A DNA stretch of 64,000 nucleotides from Minisyncoccota bacterium (GTDB lineage Bacteria > Patescibacteriota > Microgenomatia > UBA1400 > PJMF01): the NCBI GenBank assembly GCA_009991965.1, contig JAACWQ010000003.1, positions 15,274-79,273 on the forward strand. The letters are read 5' to 3'. A model generated the notes under the pieces. It saw nothing but the letters and a program-made list of their open reading frames with translations, was not told the DNA's origin and did no database searches. The position numbers and the translations under genes are program-made. Below, one piece after another: positions 38,413-49,359 of the stretch. The stretch's first letter is position 1. Every line of letters starts with the position of its first letter.

Positions 38413-38742
38413 TTAAATTGACTGCGTGTCCTTTTGTGTTGATCTAAAGGTAATTTTCATCTTTTTGAGGTCATATTTTGATACGTATCCCTTAACTAAA
38501 TCTCCAGGCAGAACGCGAATTCTAAAAAGTCGCATCTTTCCTACTAAAGTACCAAGAAGTGTTCGACCAATCATCTGTGGGTACTGAGACTGAGTAATCG
38601 AGACATAAAACATAGTATTTGGCAAACATTGAGCAACTTCACCCTCGACTTCAAACCGATCGATCGCAGCAGATTTCTGTCGCGTTGGATCGACCTGTCG
38701 TTTTCCTTTTGCTGATCGCTTGTGATCTTGTACTTTTCCCAT
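38413..38742 (-). CDS. infA: Translation initiation factor IF-1 with a basic N-terminal extension
   Basis: The S1-like core 'EVEGEVAQCLPNTMFYV...GKMRLFRIRVLPGDLV...YDL' is present. Confidence 0.8.
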   Translation of the reverse strand: MGKVQDHKRSAKGKRQVDPTRQKSAAIDRFEVEGEVAQCLPNTMFYVSITQSQYPQMIGRTLLGTLVGKMRLFRIRVLPGDLVKGYVSKYDLKKMKITFRSTQKDTQSI

Positions 38743-38763
38743 AGAACCCTTGATTGTACCAAA

Positions 38764-39519
38764 TTATAGGCTTTTTGTCAGGACTTCATGCCCGGTATCT
38801 GTTACAAGCACGGTTTCTTCAAACATTCCAGCAAGTGAGCCATCTTTTGTTCTGTAAGTCCATTCATCGGAGTCAACCATAAGCTCTGGGTTGCCAGCAG
38901 TGTACATGACCTCAATAGCCACAGTTTGGCCTGCTGAAAGTAAAATTCGCTTATCAGCTTTGTCTGCCGCAACTGGGATACTTGGATCCATATGCAGCTG
39001 CACACCAATCCCGTGACCAGTCAATTGATACACCACACCAAAGCCGTGCGCATCCAAAACCTTCTCCATAGCTTTACTTATCGTATAGACCGAAACACCT
39101 GGCTTGACCTTAGCAATAGCTGCTTGCAGGCTTTTTTTACCGATTGCCAAGAACTCTCTCACTTTGGCTGTAGCATCGCCGACTGCAAAGCTAACCGTCG
39201 TATCAAGATGATATCCATCGGAAAGCAAACCTACGTCAATAGTGACAAGATCGCCGTTGCTCACTACACCATTTTGGGGAATACCGTGACAGAGTGCATC
39301 ATTGAGCATAATGCAGGTTGCCCAGCTATAGCCAGGAACAGTCGAAAAACTGGCTGAAACATGATGTTCGCGGAGCAACTTTTGTGCCCAAGATTCGATC
39401 TCCTCAAAGGTAGTGCCGACAACAGTACGACGCGCCAGTTCATCCCGGATTTGGGCCAAAATACGACCACCTCGACGCATTGCTGTGATCTTAAGCTTCG
39501 ATGGCTGCGATGATTGCAT
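38764..39519 (-). CDS. map: Methionine aminopeptidase type I
   Basis: 'ITAMRRGGRILAQI' and the metal-ligand regions 'DLVTIDVG', 'HGIGVQLH' and 'EVMYT' are present. Confidence 0.9.
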   Translation of the reverse strand: MQSSQPSKLKITAMRRGGRILAQIRDELARRTVVGTTFEEIESWAQKLLREHHVSASFSTVPGYSWATCIMLNDALCHGIPQNGVVSNGDLVTIDVGLLSDGYHLDTTVSFAVGDATAKVREFLAIGKKSLQAAIAKVKPGVSVYTISKAMEKVLDAHGFGVVYQLTGHGIGVQLHMDPSIPVAADKADKRILLSAGQTVAIEVMYTAGNPELMVDSDEWTYRTKDGSLAGMFEETVLVTDTGHEVLTKSL

Positions 39520-40027
39520 CTGATACTTTTTCTATTGAAACCTCACCATCGACAGATCGCAACTTACCTTTTTGGCGATAGTACTCGATCACCGGGGTAG
39601 TTACACCATGAAATAATGAAATTCTCTTCCGAATTGCTGACAGAGTTTCATCTTCTCGCTCAGCAACTCGACCAGAAATTCTCCAAAGTGCTTCTTTGTC
39701 TGAGACATCAATATATATAACATGATCGATTGAACCATTGAATGCTTCTGCCTGCGCTACTGTGCGAGGAAAACCATCTAGTACGAAACCATCCTTGTAC
39801 TCAGGCTTTTTCAGGTAGGTAAGCACTACTTCGAGCGTCGTGTCATCTGGAACAAGCGCTCCGGAGTTGAGTAGTTCTTTGAGCCAACGACCGAGCTTCG
39901 TCTTCTCTTTTGCCATTTCTCTAAAAATATGTCCTGAAGAAAGGTAAGGAATATTGTACTTCTCTGAGAGCATGCTACCCTGTGTCGATTTGCCTGCGCC
40001 TTGAATGCCGATGAGAACTATTTTCAT
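39491..40027 (-). CDS. adk: Adenylate kinase
   Basis: The P-loop 'GIQGAGKSTQG' and 'DGFPRTVAQAEA' are present. Confidence 0.9.
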   Translation of the reverse strand: MKIVLIGIQGAGKSTQGSMLSEKYNIPYLSSGHIFREMAKEKTKLGRWLKELLNSGALVPDDTTLEVVLTYLKKPEYKDGFVLDGFPRTVAQAEAFNGSIDHVIYIDVSDKEALWRISGRVAEREDETLSAIRKRISLFHGVTTPVIEYYRQKGKLRSVDGEVSIEKVSDAIIAAIEA

Positions 40028-40054
40028 AGTTTGCCTTTATATGCTATTACTGCT

Positions 40055-41338
40055 TTATGTGTAGCGTTCGTAGTTTTGCTCTACCACCATACTTTCTGCT
40101 TGCTTGGTAGTTTCTAAGATAACTGAAACGACAATAAGCACTCCAGTACCACCGATTGCAAGTGATTGTATATTTGTTAGTAACTGTGCGAGTGAAGGCA
40201 ATATGGCGATAAAGCCAAGAAATAATGCACCAGCGAAAGTGATGCGAGAAACAACAAATTCAAGATATTTTTTGGTAGGAGTACCAGGTCGAATTCCAGG
40301 TAAAAATGCACCGCTCTTTTTTAGTTCAGATGAAATATCTTCGGCATTAAAGAAAATAAGTGCAGAGAAAAAAGTGAAAATCAAAACGATCACGAAGTAC
40401 ACAATCATGTAAATGTAAGAGGTTTGTGCAAACCAAATGCTAATATTTTGCCCCAATGCAACCCATTGTTCTTTGCCAGAAGAAGTGAGAATTCCAGCTA
40501 AAAATGATGGTACGAGCATAAGTGAAACAGCAAAAATAATTGGCAACACACCGGTGACATTTACTCGAATAGGTAAGTGAGTGGTTTGACCACCATATAC
40601 TTTGCTCCCGCGCGTTCGTTTTGCATACTGGATTTGTACCTTACGAACGGCCTCATTCATGTAAACAATCAGAGCGATAACCAAGAGAAAAAGTGTGACA
40701 AAGATCGCAACGGTCATCAGTTGATCAGCAGTGGTGAGTGACCAGACCTGTGCAATAGCAGTCGGCAATTGACTGATGATGCCAGCAAACAAGATCATAG
40801 AAATACCATTGCCCAGACCGTACAGTGTAATGAGTTCACCCAGCCACATGACAATCAGAGAGCCAGTGATAAGCGAGAGAATTATTGCGCCCAAGATGAC
40901 TGGATCAGATGCGAGCAACAAATCTTGCGAACGAAGCAAGGCAAGCACAGAAATACTCTGGACGATACCGAGCGGAACTGACAGCAATCGAGTATATTGA
41001 TTAACTTTTTCTCGACCACTTTCACCCTCTTTTTGCATTTCCTTGAGTTTTGGAATGACCATACCTGCAAGCTGCATCACAATCGAAGCGGTGATATAGG
41101 GATTGATTCCAACTGCTGCAATCGAAAACCGAGCGAGCGTACCACCAGAAAAAACATTGAGTAAACTCAAAAATTGACTGCCATTAAATAACTGCTCTAA
41201 GCGAGTGATATCTACACCAGGGAGTGGTATATGGGCCAAAACACGAAACACCAAAAAGACTCCTGCAGTGAAGAGGAGCTTTTTTCTCAGTTGTGGGGCG
41301 GACGCTATTTTTTGGAAGAGGGTTAAAAATCTCTGCAC
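40055..41338 (-). CDS. secY: Preprotein translocase subunit SecY
   Basis: It has 10 TM helices. '[10 protein letters not shown]' and its position between rplO and adk support the call. Confidence 0.95.
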   Translation of the reverse strand: MQRFLTLFQKIASAPQLRKKLLFTAGVFLVFRVLAHIPLPGVDITRLEQLFNGSQFLSLLNVFSGGTLARFSIAAVGINPYITASIVMQLAGMVIPKLKEMQKEGESGREKVNQYTRLLSVPLGIVQSISVLALLRSQDLLLASDPVILGAIILSLITGSLIVMWLGELITLYGLGNGISMILFAGIISQLPTAIAQVWSLTTADQLMTVAIFVTLFLLVIALIVYMNEAVRKVQIQYAKRTRGSKVYGGQTTHLPIRVNVTGVLPIIFAVSLMLVPSFLAGILTSSGKEQWVALGQNISIWFAQTSYIYMIVYFVIVLIFTFFSALIFFNAEDISSELKKSGAFLPGIRPGTPTKKYLEFVVSRITFAGALFLGFIAILPSLAQLLTNIQSLAIGGTGVLIVVSVILETTKQAESMVVEQNYERYT

Positions 41339-41346
41339 GATGTAGG

Positions 41347-41796
41347 TTATGTACTCTGCGTAATACTACCACCTGCTGCTACAATTTTTTTCTGGGCACC
41401 TGGAGTTACTACCAAACCAATCAGTGTTAATTTCTTGGTAATTTCTCCCGTACTAATGACTTTTACACCCTGTGCTCGTGAGCCAATGATCTTTTCTAAT
41501 TTCAATGTTTGGAGCGTTACTTCGGTCGCTGTTATTCTGTTTAACTCAGTCAGTGTGAGCTCAACTCGCTTGCCAAAAGAAACAAACTTACCCTTACCAC
41601 GCAGCATTGGCATACGCTTGATAAGCGGAAGCTGTCCGCCTTCAAACCACAATGGAACCGTGCTACCCGATCGAGATTTTTGTCCTTTTTGTCCTCTACC
41701 AACAGTGTGACCACCTACTCCAGATCCATAACCACGACCAAGACGCTTGCGTTGTTTGGCTGAAGTTGCGAGTAATTTAGAGAGTAAACTTGGCAT
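41347..41796 (-). CDS. rplO: 50S ribosomal protein L15
   Basis: '[27 protein letters not shown]' is present. Confidence 0.9.
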   Translation of the reverse strand: MPSLLSKLLATSAKQRKRLGRGYGSGVGGHTVGRGQKGQKSRSGSTVPLWFEGGQLPLIKRMPMLRGKGKFVSFGKRVELTLTELNRITATEVTLQTLKLEKIIGSRAQGVKVISTGEITKKLTLIGLVVTPGAQKKIVAAGGSITQST

Positions 41797-41801
41797 GGAA
41801 C

Positions 41802-42443
41802 TTATTTTTTCTTAGCTGGTTTTTTTGCTACAATCACTTTTTTCTTTTTTGCAACCGGCTTTACTTCTTTTTTGACTTCTACCGCTGTTTCTTTCTTTAC
41901 TTCGCTCAATCGTTTTTGCTCTTCTTTTACCTTAACAACTTCTTCTGATTCTACTTGAGCGATAGATTTGAGGGTGATGCCCTTCAATTTCACTATCTGT
42001 GAAATCTGTGTCAATGCAGCAAAAGTTGTGTACACATTTGAGGCTTGGTTTTGTGTTCCCAAAATTTTACTCGAAATGTCTCGAATACCAGCTGCTTCGA
42101 CTACGGCACGAACTGGACCACCAGCAATAACTCCTGATCCCTTTGGCGCTGGTTTCAGCAAGACTTGGCCTGCACCTTTTTTCATAACAATTCGGAATGG
42201 AATAGTGGTGCCATCGATAGGAACAGTGATCATATGTTTCTTGGCTTTTTTGATGCCTTTTTGAATAGCGGTAACCACATCTTTTGCTTTACCAAGACCG
42301 ACGCCGACTTTGCCTTTTCGATCACCAACAACCATGAGTACGGAAAAGCCTACCTTACTGCCACCCTTTGTCTTTTTTGAAACACGGGAAATCTGGATAA
42401 CCTTCTCATCGAACTCTGATACTTGATTGTACTGATCTGCCAT
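41802..42443 (-). CDS. rpsE: 30S ribosomal protein S5 with a Lys-rich C-terminal tail
   Basis: '[34 protein letters not shown]' is present. The Met at 42443 is preferred over the ORF start at 42488 to avoid overlap with rplR. Confidence 0.9.
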   Translation of the reverse strand: MADQYNQVSEFDEKVIQISRVSKKTKGGSKVGFSVLMVVGDRKGKVGVGLGKAKDVVTAIQKGIKKAKKHMITVPIDGTTIPFRIVMKKGAGQVLLKPAPKGSGVIAGGPVRAVVEAAGIRDISSKILGTQNQASNVYTTFAALTQISQIVKLKGITLKSIAQVESEEVVKVKEEQKRLSEVKKETAVEVKKEVKPVAKKKKVIVAKKPAKKK

Positions 42444-42450
42444 AAGAATC

Positions 42451-42813
42451 CTATATTGTAATGCCTTCTGTACGTAATGTCTGGACAAACTCGCGGATTC
42501 TGCCTAAATAAGGATATTGGCCGCGATCAAAAATTGCTGCTGGAATTTTTCGATTCTTCAGCTCTGCAGCAACTGCTACCGCAAGCTTGTTGGAAAGCTG
42601 GGTTTTTGTCGCTGGCTCTTTTGCAGAGCGTTGTGTTTTTGAGTGCAAGCCAAACAATGTTTTTTGTGCTTCATCGTCGATCACCTGTACCTGAAAATTC
42701 TTGTTTGAGCGAAGAACAGAAATACGAGGTCTACCTGCAGTACCGCATAATTTGGCGCGAACTCTGCGTTGGCGAATTTGATTTCTAGTAAGTTGGTGAA
42801 ATGCTTGCGTCAT
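42451..42813 (-). CDS. rplR: 50S ribosomal protein L18
   Basis: 'RPRISVLRSNKNFQVQVIDD' and 'FDRGQYPYLGRIREF' are present. Confidence 0.9.
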   Translation of the reverse strand: MTQAFHQLTRNQIRQRRVRAKLCGTAGRPRISVLRSNKNFQVQVIDDEAQKTLFGLHSKTQRSAKEPATKTQLSNKLAVAVAAELKNRKIPAAIFDRGQYPYLGRIREFVQTLRTEGITI

Positions 42814-42830
42814 GATTGTTCTTGCAGCTT

Positions 42831-43370
42831 TTATGCAGCAGCAGCTTTACCTTGTTTACGTTTGACTACTTCTCCCTCATATCGCACACCCTTGCCTTTA
42901 TATGGCTCTGGTGGTCTCATGGCTCTGATTTCTGCAGCGATTTGGCCCACTCGTTGTTTGTCGATTCCAGTGATGATGATTGTTTCTGTATCTGGTACTG
43001 AGAATGTAATTCCAGTAACTGCTGGCTGGATGATCGGGTGCGAATAACCAAGTGCGAGCGAAATTCCTGATCCTTTTGCCTGAGCTCTATATCCTGTACC
43101 AACCAATTTTAATGTTTTTGTGAATCCTGCGCTTACGCCAACAGTTGCATTCTGTAGCAAACTGCGGATAAGTCCGTGATTCGCCTTGCTCTGTCGAGTA
43201 TCGTTGGATCGAGTTACACTAACTTCCTCCGCTGTTTGAGTAAAAGAAATACCGTTGAGCAATGTAACGGATAGTTCTCCCTTCGAACCCTTCACGACAG
43301 CCACTCGGCCAGTTTGTGTGAGCGTTACTCCAGATGGAATGCTAATGGGGGTGCGTCCAATTTTTGACAT
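42831..43370 (-). CDS. rplF: 50S ribosomal protein L6
   Basis: 'MSKIGRTPISIPSGVT' and two alpha-beta repeats are present. Confidence 0.9.
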   Translation of the reverse strand: MSKIGRTPISIPSGVTLTQTGRVAVVKGSKGELSVTLLNGISFTQTAEEVSVTRSNDTRQSKANHGLIRSLLQNATVGVSAGFTKTLKLVGTGYRAQAKGSGISLALGYSHPIIQPAVTGITFSVPDTETIIITGIDKQRVGQIAAEIRAMRPPEPYKGKGVRYEGEVVKRKQGKAAAA

Positions 43371-43373
43371 GTG

Positions 43374-43763
43374 TTACCAAATCTGACAAAGGAGCTCTCC
43401 GCCCACTTTGCGCTTTCGCGCTTCTTTATCTGATAATAATCCTTGATTCGTTGACAAGATTGTGATGCCGTAGCCACCGAGTGCTCGAGGAATTTTGTTT
43501 GCAGGTGCATATACTCTGCGGCCTGGTTTTGAGAGTCTCTTGACATCATTTACTACCGATACCCGATTGTTGTACTTCAATTTCACGACTAAGGTTGGAA
43601 ATTGGCCAGTCGTAACTTGCTCAATTTTGGTAATGTAGCCTTCCCGCACTAAAATTTCACCAAGTGAGTGTCGCATCTTTGAGTACGGCAGCTCCACAAT
43701 GTCGTGATGTGCTCGAAGTGCGTTTTTGATTCTGATGATAAAATCTGCTATTGGATCTGTCAT
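43374..43763 (-). CDS. rpsH: 30S ribosomal protein S8
   Basis: 'MTDPIADFIIRIKNA' is present. Confidence 0.9.
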   Translation of the reverse strand: MTDPIADFIIRIKNALRAHHDIVELPYSKMRHSLGEILVREGYITKIEQVTTGQFPTLVVKLKYNNRVSVVNDVKRLSKPGRRVYAPANKIPRALGGYGITILSTNQGLLSDKEARKRKVGGELLCQIW

Positions 43764-43764
43764 G

Positions 43765-43995
43765 TTACTTACTTGCCTTTACGACACCAGGTAATTCGCC
43801 CTTGAGTGCTAATTCTCTAAAGGTTAAGCGACTCAACCCAAAGAAGCGCATATACGCCTTTGGTCGGCCGGTTATTTTACATCGGTTTACTCCTCGAGTC
43901 GAGACTCGATTGTACTTCTTCTCACCAGAGAGACGTAGTGCCTCACGCTTCATGAGCAATTTTGATGATTTAGCGATTTTAGATTTCTTTGCCAT
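43765..43995 (-). CDS. rpsN: 30S ribosomal protein S14
   Basis: '[38 protein letters not shown]' is present. Confidence 0.85.
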   Translation of the reverse strand: MAKKSKIAKSSKLLMKREALRLSGEKKYNRVSTRGVNRCKITGRPKAYMRFFGLSRLTFRELALKGELPGVVKASK

Positions 43996-44001
43996 ACTCC
44001 A

Positions 44002-44571
44002 TTACTTTCTTGTAGTACCTGCTTCTTTGACAAACGGCATTCCGAGTAAAGTGAACAATCGCAATGCGTTCTCATTGTTCTCAGCCGTTGTAACAAACAC
44101 TGCCTGGAAGCTTCTGATTTTCTCTACCATATCATAGCTTACCTCTGGAAAAATGATTTGCTCTTCAATTCCCAAACTGTAATTTCCATTGCCATCGAAA
44201 CCAGTATTTGAGACACCTTGAAAATCTTTTACCCGAGGAAGGGCAACAGTGAGCAACTTTTCGAAGAACTGCCACATTCGTTTGCCACGCAGCGTAACTC
44301 TCACTCCAAGTGGGTCGCCTGCACGTAGTTTAAAGGTAGCAATAGATTTGCGTGCAAGCGTGATATTTGGCTTCTGACCAGTCATTGCCATAAATTGTAG
44401 GGCAATATTTTCGAGCACTGGTTTACGAGCACGAGGATCTTGTGGATCACTCACACCCATATTTACCACGATTTTGAGTAATCTTGGCACTGCAAATGCG
44501 CTCTTCACGCCCATCTCTTTTTTGAGCGCTGGCACGACGGTGTCTTGGTAGTGTTGTTGTAAGGCTGTCAT
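44002..44571 (-). CDS. rplE: 50S ribosomal protein L5
   Basis: 'GIEEQIIFPEV' and 'FVTTAENNENALRLF' are present. Confidence 0.9.
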   Translation of the reverse strand: MTALQQHYQDTVVPALKKEMGVKSAFAVPRLLKIVVNMGVSDPQDPRARKPVLENIALQFMAMTGQKPNITLARKSIATFKLRAGDPLGVRVTLRGKRMWQFFEKLLTVALPRVKDFQGVSNTGFDGNGNYSLGIEEQIIFPEVSYDMVEKIRSFQAVFVTTAENNENALRLFTLLGMPFVKEAGTTRK

Positions 44572-44897
44572 TATTTCTTCTTTGCAACTTTCGCTACTGG
44601 AGCTATTGCGCCAGATTTCTTAAAAATTCTCGTTTTTGTTCCACCTTTGATCTCAAAACCAATTCTATCTTGTTTGCCTTTTTCGTTGAGCACTGCGATC
44701 TTGCTCATAGGTAGTGGCCGTTCAACTTTGCGAATCTCACCAGGTTGACCATCTCTTGGCTTAACGTGACGAGAGTACATATTTGCTCCTGGAACCACGA
44801 CTTTCTGTTCCTTTGGAAAAATCTTAAAGATCTCTCCAGTCATACCTTTATCTCTGCCAGAGGTAACAAGCACTTTATCGCCGACGAATACTTTCAT
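44571..44897 (-). CDS. rplX: 50S ribosomal protein L24
   Basis: The KOW motif 'GDKVLVTSGRDKGMTGEI' is present. Confidence 0.9.
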   Translation of the reverse strand: MKVFVGDKVLVTSGRDKGMTGEIFKIFPKEQKVVVPGANMYSRHVKPRDGQPGEIRKVERPLPMSKIAVLNEKGKQDRIGFEIKGGTKTRIFKKSGAIAPVAKVAKKK

Positions 44898-44899
44898 AG

Positions 44900-45274
44900 T
44901 TATAATACCTCTGGTGCTAAACTCGCGATTTTTGCAAATCCTCTATTCTTTACTTCTCGGGCTACTGGGCCAAAAACACGGGTGCCAACTGGAATTGTGT
45001 TTTTTACAGACTCAATAATAACTGCAGCATTGTCATCAAATCGAATATATGTGCCATTGCTTCTGCGAAGCTCTTTTCTGGTACGCACAATCACAGCTTT
45101 AACTTTGTCACCTTTGCGGATTGCAGATTGAGGATCTGCGGCAAGCACTGATGCTGCCACAATATCACCAATGTGACCAAAGCGTCGTTTCGAGCCACCA
45201 TGCACTTGGATAACTCTTAGGCGTTTTGGGCCACTGTTATCACAGACAGCTAGTACGGTTCTTAGTTGAATCAT
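44900..45274 (-). CDS. rplN: 50S ribosomal protein L14
   Basis: '[24 protein letters not shown]' is present. Confidence 0.95.
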   Translation of the reverse strand: MIQLRTVLAVCDNSGPKRLRVIQVHGGSKRRFGHIGDIVAASVLAADPQSAIRKGDKVKAVIVRTRKELRRSNGTYIRFDDNAAVIIESVKNTIPVGTRVFGPVAREVKNRGFAKIASLAPEVL

Positions 45275-45519
45275 GCTACCTTTGTCACTTTCGGTACAAT
45301 CTGGATAACTTTAAATCGTTTTGTTCTACTCATCGGTCGGCAAGATTCGATAATGACCTCATTGCCTTCTTCGAGTTTCAGCTCAGTGTAATGACAAGCA
45401 TATCTCTTAGTTCTCATAACTGACTTGCCGTAAATAGGATGCTTCCACTGTCGAGCAACCGTCACCTGTGCAGTCTGTGGTGTTTTGAGTGTGGTTACGA
45501 TACCTTGTAGCTGTTTCAT
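45271..45519 (-). CDS. rpsQ: 30S ribosomal protein S17
   Basis: '[18 protein letters not shown]...HPIYGK' is present. Confidence 0.9.
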   Translation of the reverse strand: MKQLQGIVTTLKTPQTAQVTVARQWKHPIYGKSVMRTKRYACHYTELKLEEGNEVIIESCRPMSRTKRFKVIQIVPKVTKVA

Positions 45520-45725
45520 GCTGTTGCTGCCTTCATTTTTTCTGTTAGAACCGTCTGTACACGCGCGATATCTTTTGCCAAGTGAGTGACTTGAGCAACG
45601 TTGGCTAACTTGCTTGCAAATTTTTGCATTCTGAGTGAAACAAAAGAAAGTCGCAGTTCTGTGAGCTTTTGCGTCAGCTCTGCTGTTTCTAGTTCATGTA
45701 GTTTGCGAATATCGTTTTGTTTCAT
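45516..45725 (-). CDS. rpmC: 50S ribosomal protein L29
   Basis: It is 69 aa and helical. 'LRKLHELETAELTQKLTELR' is present. Confidence 0.85.
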   Translation of the reverse strand: MKQNDIRKLHELETAELTQKLTELRLSFVSLRMQKFASKLANVAQVTHLAKDIARVQTVLTEKMKAATA

Positions 45726-45727
45726 AT

Positions 45728-46132
45728 TTATTTCTTCAAAAAAGCTGTTTTAACAGATAGCTTATGTCCTGCTTTAGCAAATGCAATTCGTGCCGTTTCT
45801 TCTGTTACTCCTGAGAGTTCAAATAAAACTGAACCTGGTCTCACTACTGCTACATGCTCCTCTATCGCTCCTTTACCCGAACCCATTTTGACTCCAACTG
45901 GCTTTTTGGTAATTGGCTTGTGTGGAAACACACGAATCCAATATTTACCAGCCCGTTTGGTCATAAACGTAATTTTTTTACGTGCTGCCTCAATCTGTCG
46001 ACCAGATACCCAGCCGCTCGTTGTAGCTTGGAGACCAAAATCTCCAAAAGCAACATCGACACCTCTGGTAGCAACACCTCGGCGTTTGCCTCTAAATTGC
46101 TTGCGGAATTTTTCTTTCCTTGGCTGCAGCAT
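45728..46132 (-). CDS. rplP: 50S ribosomal protein L16
   Basis: 'MLQPRKEKFRKQFRGKRRG' is present. Confidence 0.95.
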   Translation of the reverse strand: MLQPRKEKFRKQFRGKRRGVATRGVDVAFGDFGLQATTSGWVSGRQIEAARKKITFMTKRAGKYWIRVFPHKPITKKPVGVKMGSGKGAIEEHVAVVRPGSVLFELSGVTEETARIAFAKAGHKLSVKTAFLKK

Positions 46133-46134
46133 GA

Positions 46135-46785
46135 TTAGAGTACCTCTCCCTTATAGATCCAAACCTTGATGCCGACGAATCCTGAACGAGTTCGCGCGGC
46201 CTCTTCAAAGTAATCTATATTTGCACGCAATGTCTGTGTTGGCACACTACCCTTTGAGTATTTTTCATTGCGGCCAATTTCTGCTCCACCAATTCTTCCC
46301 GAAAGTTCAATCTTTACCCCGAGTGCACCTGCTTGCATCACTCGCTCGATAGCTTGTTGAACAGCTCTGCGATGTGGATATCGCTTGAGAAGTTGATTTT
46401 GAATTCTCTCAACAACTAATTTTGCACTCAGATCTGGTTTATTGACTTCTTCTACGCGTAAATCAATTTTAACTCGATCTTTCTTGAGTTTTGAGACATT
46501 GAGTAAACGCTCGACATCTTTTTTTACTTCTTCAAGATTTGCGCCACCTCGACCGATTACAACGCCTGGTCGGGAGACAAATAAAACAATTTTAATGATC
46601 GTTAAAGAGCGTTCGATATCTACTTGCACCACACCTGCTGTTAGCAACTTCTTCTTCAGGTGCTCACGTAATCGATAATCTTCGATCACGGTGTCGCTAT
46701 ATTCTGCTGGTTCAGCAAACCAGCGCGACTTCCAACCGAAAGTATTGCCGACACGAAAACCAGTTGGATGTACTTTTTGTCCCAT
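46135..46785 (-). CDS. rpsC: 30S ribosomal protein S3
   Basis: 'MGQKVHPTGFRVG' and the KH domain are present. Confidence 0.95.
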   Translation of the reverse strand: MGQKVHPTGFRVGNTFGWKSRWFAEPAEYSDTVIEDYRLREHLKKKLLTAGVVQVDIERSLTIIKIVLFVSRPGVVIGRGGANLEEVKKDVERLLNVSKLKKDRVKIDLRVEEVNKPDLSAKLVVERIQNQLLKRYPHRRAVQQAIERVMQAGALGVKIELSGRIGGAEIGRNEKYSKGSVPTQTLRANIDYFEEAARTRSGFVGIKVWIYKGEVL

Positions 46786-46819
46786 ATTTTTTACCAGAGG
46801 GGTATTGTACTACACTCTC

Positions 46820-47203
46820 CTACTTTTTACTCGGCTTTTTTGTACTTACTACTACTTTTTTTGGCTTTGTTGCAACCTCTTCGAGCTCCAAAATTACATG
46901 ACTCGCCAATTTAACGATGCTGTGGGCTCGTCCTCGACTGACTGCACGAAATCGCTTATAGCGAGCTCCCTCGTTTACTTGAATTGATTTAATCTGTAAT
47001 TGATCTACTGAAAGATTGTGATTGTGTTGCGCATTTGCCAATGCTTGACGAAACACCTTCAGCAACACAAGTGCCGAGCGTCGTTCGATAACGGCAAGCT
47101 GCTTGAGCGCGTTTTCGACCGAAAGACTGCGAACGGCATCAGCCGCAAAGCGAATTTTTCTTGGTGTTTGTCTGGTATTTTTTTGAACTACTCTAATGGT
47201 CAT
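46820..47203 (-). CDS. rplV: 50S ribosomal protein L22
   Basis: 'RKIRFAADAVRSLSVENALKQL' is present. Confidence 0.9.
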   Translation of the reverse strand: MTIRVVQKNTRQTPRKIRFAADAVRSLSVENALKQLAVIERRSALVLLKVFRQALANAQHNHNLSVDQLQIKSIQVNEGARYKRFRAVSRGRAHSIVKLASHVILELEEVATKPKKVVVSTKKPSKK

Positions 47204-47208
47204 ATAGT

Positions 47209-47493
47209 TTAGGTCTTAGTAAGTACTCGCTTTACAATTCTGCCGTGACCGCGGAAGGTTCTGGTTGGAGCAAACTCTCCCAACTTATGACCAACCATGG
47301 CTTCACTAATAAAGACTTCGACAAATACCTTGCCTTGATGGACGAGGAACGTGTGTCCCACAAAATCAGGACTGATCACAGAGTGTCGGCTCCAAGTCTT
47401 GATAGCAGTTTTGTCACCACTCTGCTTCTGCTTCATCACCTTGATGAGCAATTTTGGTTCTACGAATGGTCCTTTTTTACTTGATCTAGACAT
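47209..47493 (-). CDS. rpsS: 30S ribosomal protein S19
   Basis: '[11 protein letters not shown]' and '[16 protein letters not shown]' are present. Confidence 0.95.
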   Translation of the reverse strand: MSRSSKKGPFVEPKLLIKVMKQKQSGDKTAIKTWSRHSVISPDFVGHTFLVHQGKVFVEVFISEAMVGHKLGEFAPTRTFRGHGRIVKRVLTKT

Positions 47494-47495
47494 GA

Positions 47496-48332
47496 TTATT
47501 TTTTGCTCCGTCTATCACGTACGATAAATTTTTTACTTGTCTTTCGCTTACTACGAGTCTTCGTACCAAATGCATGTTTGCCCCATGGTGTCTTTGGATA
47601 CTTCATACCAACACCACTTCGACCCTCACCACCTCCATGTGGATGACTACCAGGGTGTTGTGCGGTCCCACGAACAGTTGGGCGAATACCGAGTAATCGT
47701 TTTCTGCCAGCTTTACCAAGCTTGCGACCCTTCCACTCTTGATTACCAACCTGGCCGATTGTAGCGATACAATCGAGCTTTAGCAATCGAAGTTCTTTTG
47801 AAGGCAGTAAAACTGTAGCGAACTTACCCTCTTTTGATTGAATAAGCGCTCCTGTACCAGCACCACGAACGATTTGGGCACCCTTGCCTGGAGTAACTTC
47901 TAGGTTGTGAATAATGACGCCAATAGGGATATTTGCCAGTGGTAATGCATTGCCGGGGCGAATCTCAGCAGTTGTACCTGCCATGATTGTATCGTTTGGC
48001 TCCAAACCTTCTGGGCAAAGTTGATAGGTTTTTTCGCCATCTGGATATTGAATGAGTGCAATATGTGCACTGCGCATGGGATCGTACTCAATTCGTTGTA
48101 CAACACCTGCAATATCACGTTTACTACGCTTCCAATCAATTACGCGTAAACGCTTTTTGACGCCGCCGCCGCGATGACGAACAGTGATGTGTCCTCGAAA
48201 ACCCCTTCCCTGTCGTTTTATGTGACCTGAAACGAGAAGTGATTTTTCTGGAGCTCCCTTGTGTAAGAGGGAACGGTCAATTACAACTTGATTTCTTCTA
48301 CCTGCGCTGGTTGGTTTGCGTGCTATTAACAT
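47496..48332 (-). CDS. rplB: 50S ribosomal protein L2
   Basis: '[16 protein letters not shown]'-type '[17 protein letters not shown]' and '[10 protein letters not shown]' are present. Confidence 0.95.
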   Translation of the reverse strand: MLIARKPTSAGRRNQVVIDRSLLHKGAPEKSLLVSGHIKRQGRGFRGHITVRHRGGGVKKRLRVIDWKRSKRDIAGVVQRIEYDPMRSAHIALIQYPDGEKTYQLCPEGLEPNDTIMAGTTAEIRPGNALPLANIPIGVIIHNLEVTPGKGAQIVRGAGTGALIQSKEGKFATVLLPSKELRLLKLDCIATIGQVGNQEWKGRKLGKAGRKRLLGIRPTVRGTAQHPGSHPHGGGEGRSGVGMKYPKTPWGKHAFGTKTRSKRKTSKKFIVRDRRSKK

Positions 48333-48335
48333 AGT

Positions 48336-48644
48336 TTATGCCGTTTTTTCTTCTGATCCTAAATTGAATAAGTCAATGCTATCGCCTGCCTTTAGTGTGA
48401 CAAGCGCTCGTTTAACTTTTATCTTTTTGGAGAGCAAGCGTTTTTTGCCAACTCTTTTACTATGCGACGCGTACATAAGTGTGCGGACGGCCAAAACAGA
48501 AACAGAGAAGATCGTTTCAATTGCTTCTTTTACCTGATTTTTAGTAGCCGTAGTAGCTACTTCAAAAGTATATGCATTTTCAGTCGAAGCCAAATGGTAC
48601 GTCTTTTCGGTAATGATTGGTTTTTTAATTGCGAATGTTTGCAT
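48336..48644 (-). CDS. rplW: 50S ribosomal protein L23
   Basis: 'IKKPIITEKT' and 'YTFEVATTATKNQVKEAIE' are present. Confidence 0.9.
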   Translation of the reverse strand: MQTFAIKKPIITEKTYHLASTENAYTFEVATTATKNQVKEAIETIFSVSVLAVRTLMYASHSKRVGKKRLLSKKIKVKRALVTLKAGDSIDLFNLGSEEKTA

Positions 48645-49358
48645 TTATGCCTTCTTTGCTTTCGCTTTTGAAGCTGGTGCTTTTTTTGTCACTTTTGCTG
48701 CGGCTGCTTTGGCCACTTTCTTAACTGCTGGTTTTTTAACCACTGGTTTCTTAACCAAAGCTTTTTTAGCTACTGGTTTCAGCTCCAAAACTGGGGCTGG
48801 TTTACCAGCAATGCGAGCATCAACAAGTGCTCGCGAGTTTGCAGTAAATAAAATTGTGTCTGCTTGCACGACGTGGAGTGCATTGAGCTGCGCTGCCAAA
48901 ACTGGAGTTACTCTAGAAATATTTCGCAAGGAACGAAGCTGCATTGGATCCGCTTGCTCCATAACTATGCAAATGTTTTTGGCTGTTGGTGCAACTTTTT
49001 TGAGCAGTTGGTCAGCCATCTTTGTCTTACCAGTTAATGTAGCAATTTCTGGAACAACTGAAATCACCGCAGACTGCATAGTTAGGGCACTCGACAACGC
49101 TTGTCGCTTCATGGCTGGTGGTAATGATCGAGACCAATTGGCATTGCCGTTTGGACCGTGCGCAACTCCACCGCCAACAAAAATTGGTGCTGATTTTGCT
49201 CCATGTCGGGCTCCACCAGTACCTTTTTGCTTGTAGATTTTCTTCTTGGAAAGCGAAACTTCTGCGCGAGTTTTTGTCTTGCTTGTCCCTTGTCGCTTGT
49301 TTGAAAGTGCGATGGCAACCGCCTGGGAAACTAGTTTTTTATTGATGAGTTTTTTCAT
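48645..49358 (-). CDS. rplD: 50S ribosomal protein L4 with a Lys/Ala-rich C-terminal extension
   Basis: 'KGTGGARHGAKSAPIFVGGGVAHGP' is present. The tail is 'KKPVVKKPAVKKVAKAAAAKVTKKAPASKAKAKKA'. Confidence 0.9.
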   Translation of the reverse strand: MKKLINKKLVSQAVAIALSNKRQGTSKTKTRAEVSLSKKKIYKQKGTGGARHGAKSAPIFVGGGVAHGPNGNANWSRSLPPAMKRQALSSALTMQSAVISVVPEIATLTGKTKMADQLLKKVAPTAKNICIVMEQADPMQLRSLRNISRVTPVLAAQLNALHVVQADTILFTANSRALVDARIAGKPAPVLELKPVAKKALVKKPVVKKPAVKKVAKAAAAKVTKKAPASKAKAKKA

Positions 49359-49359
49359 G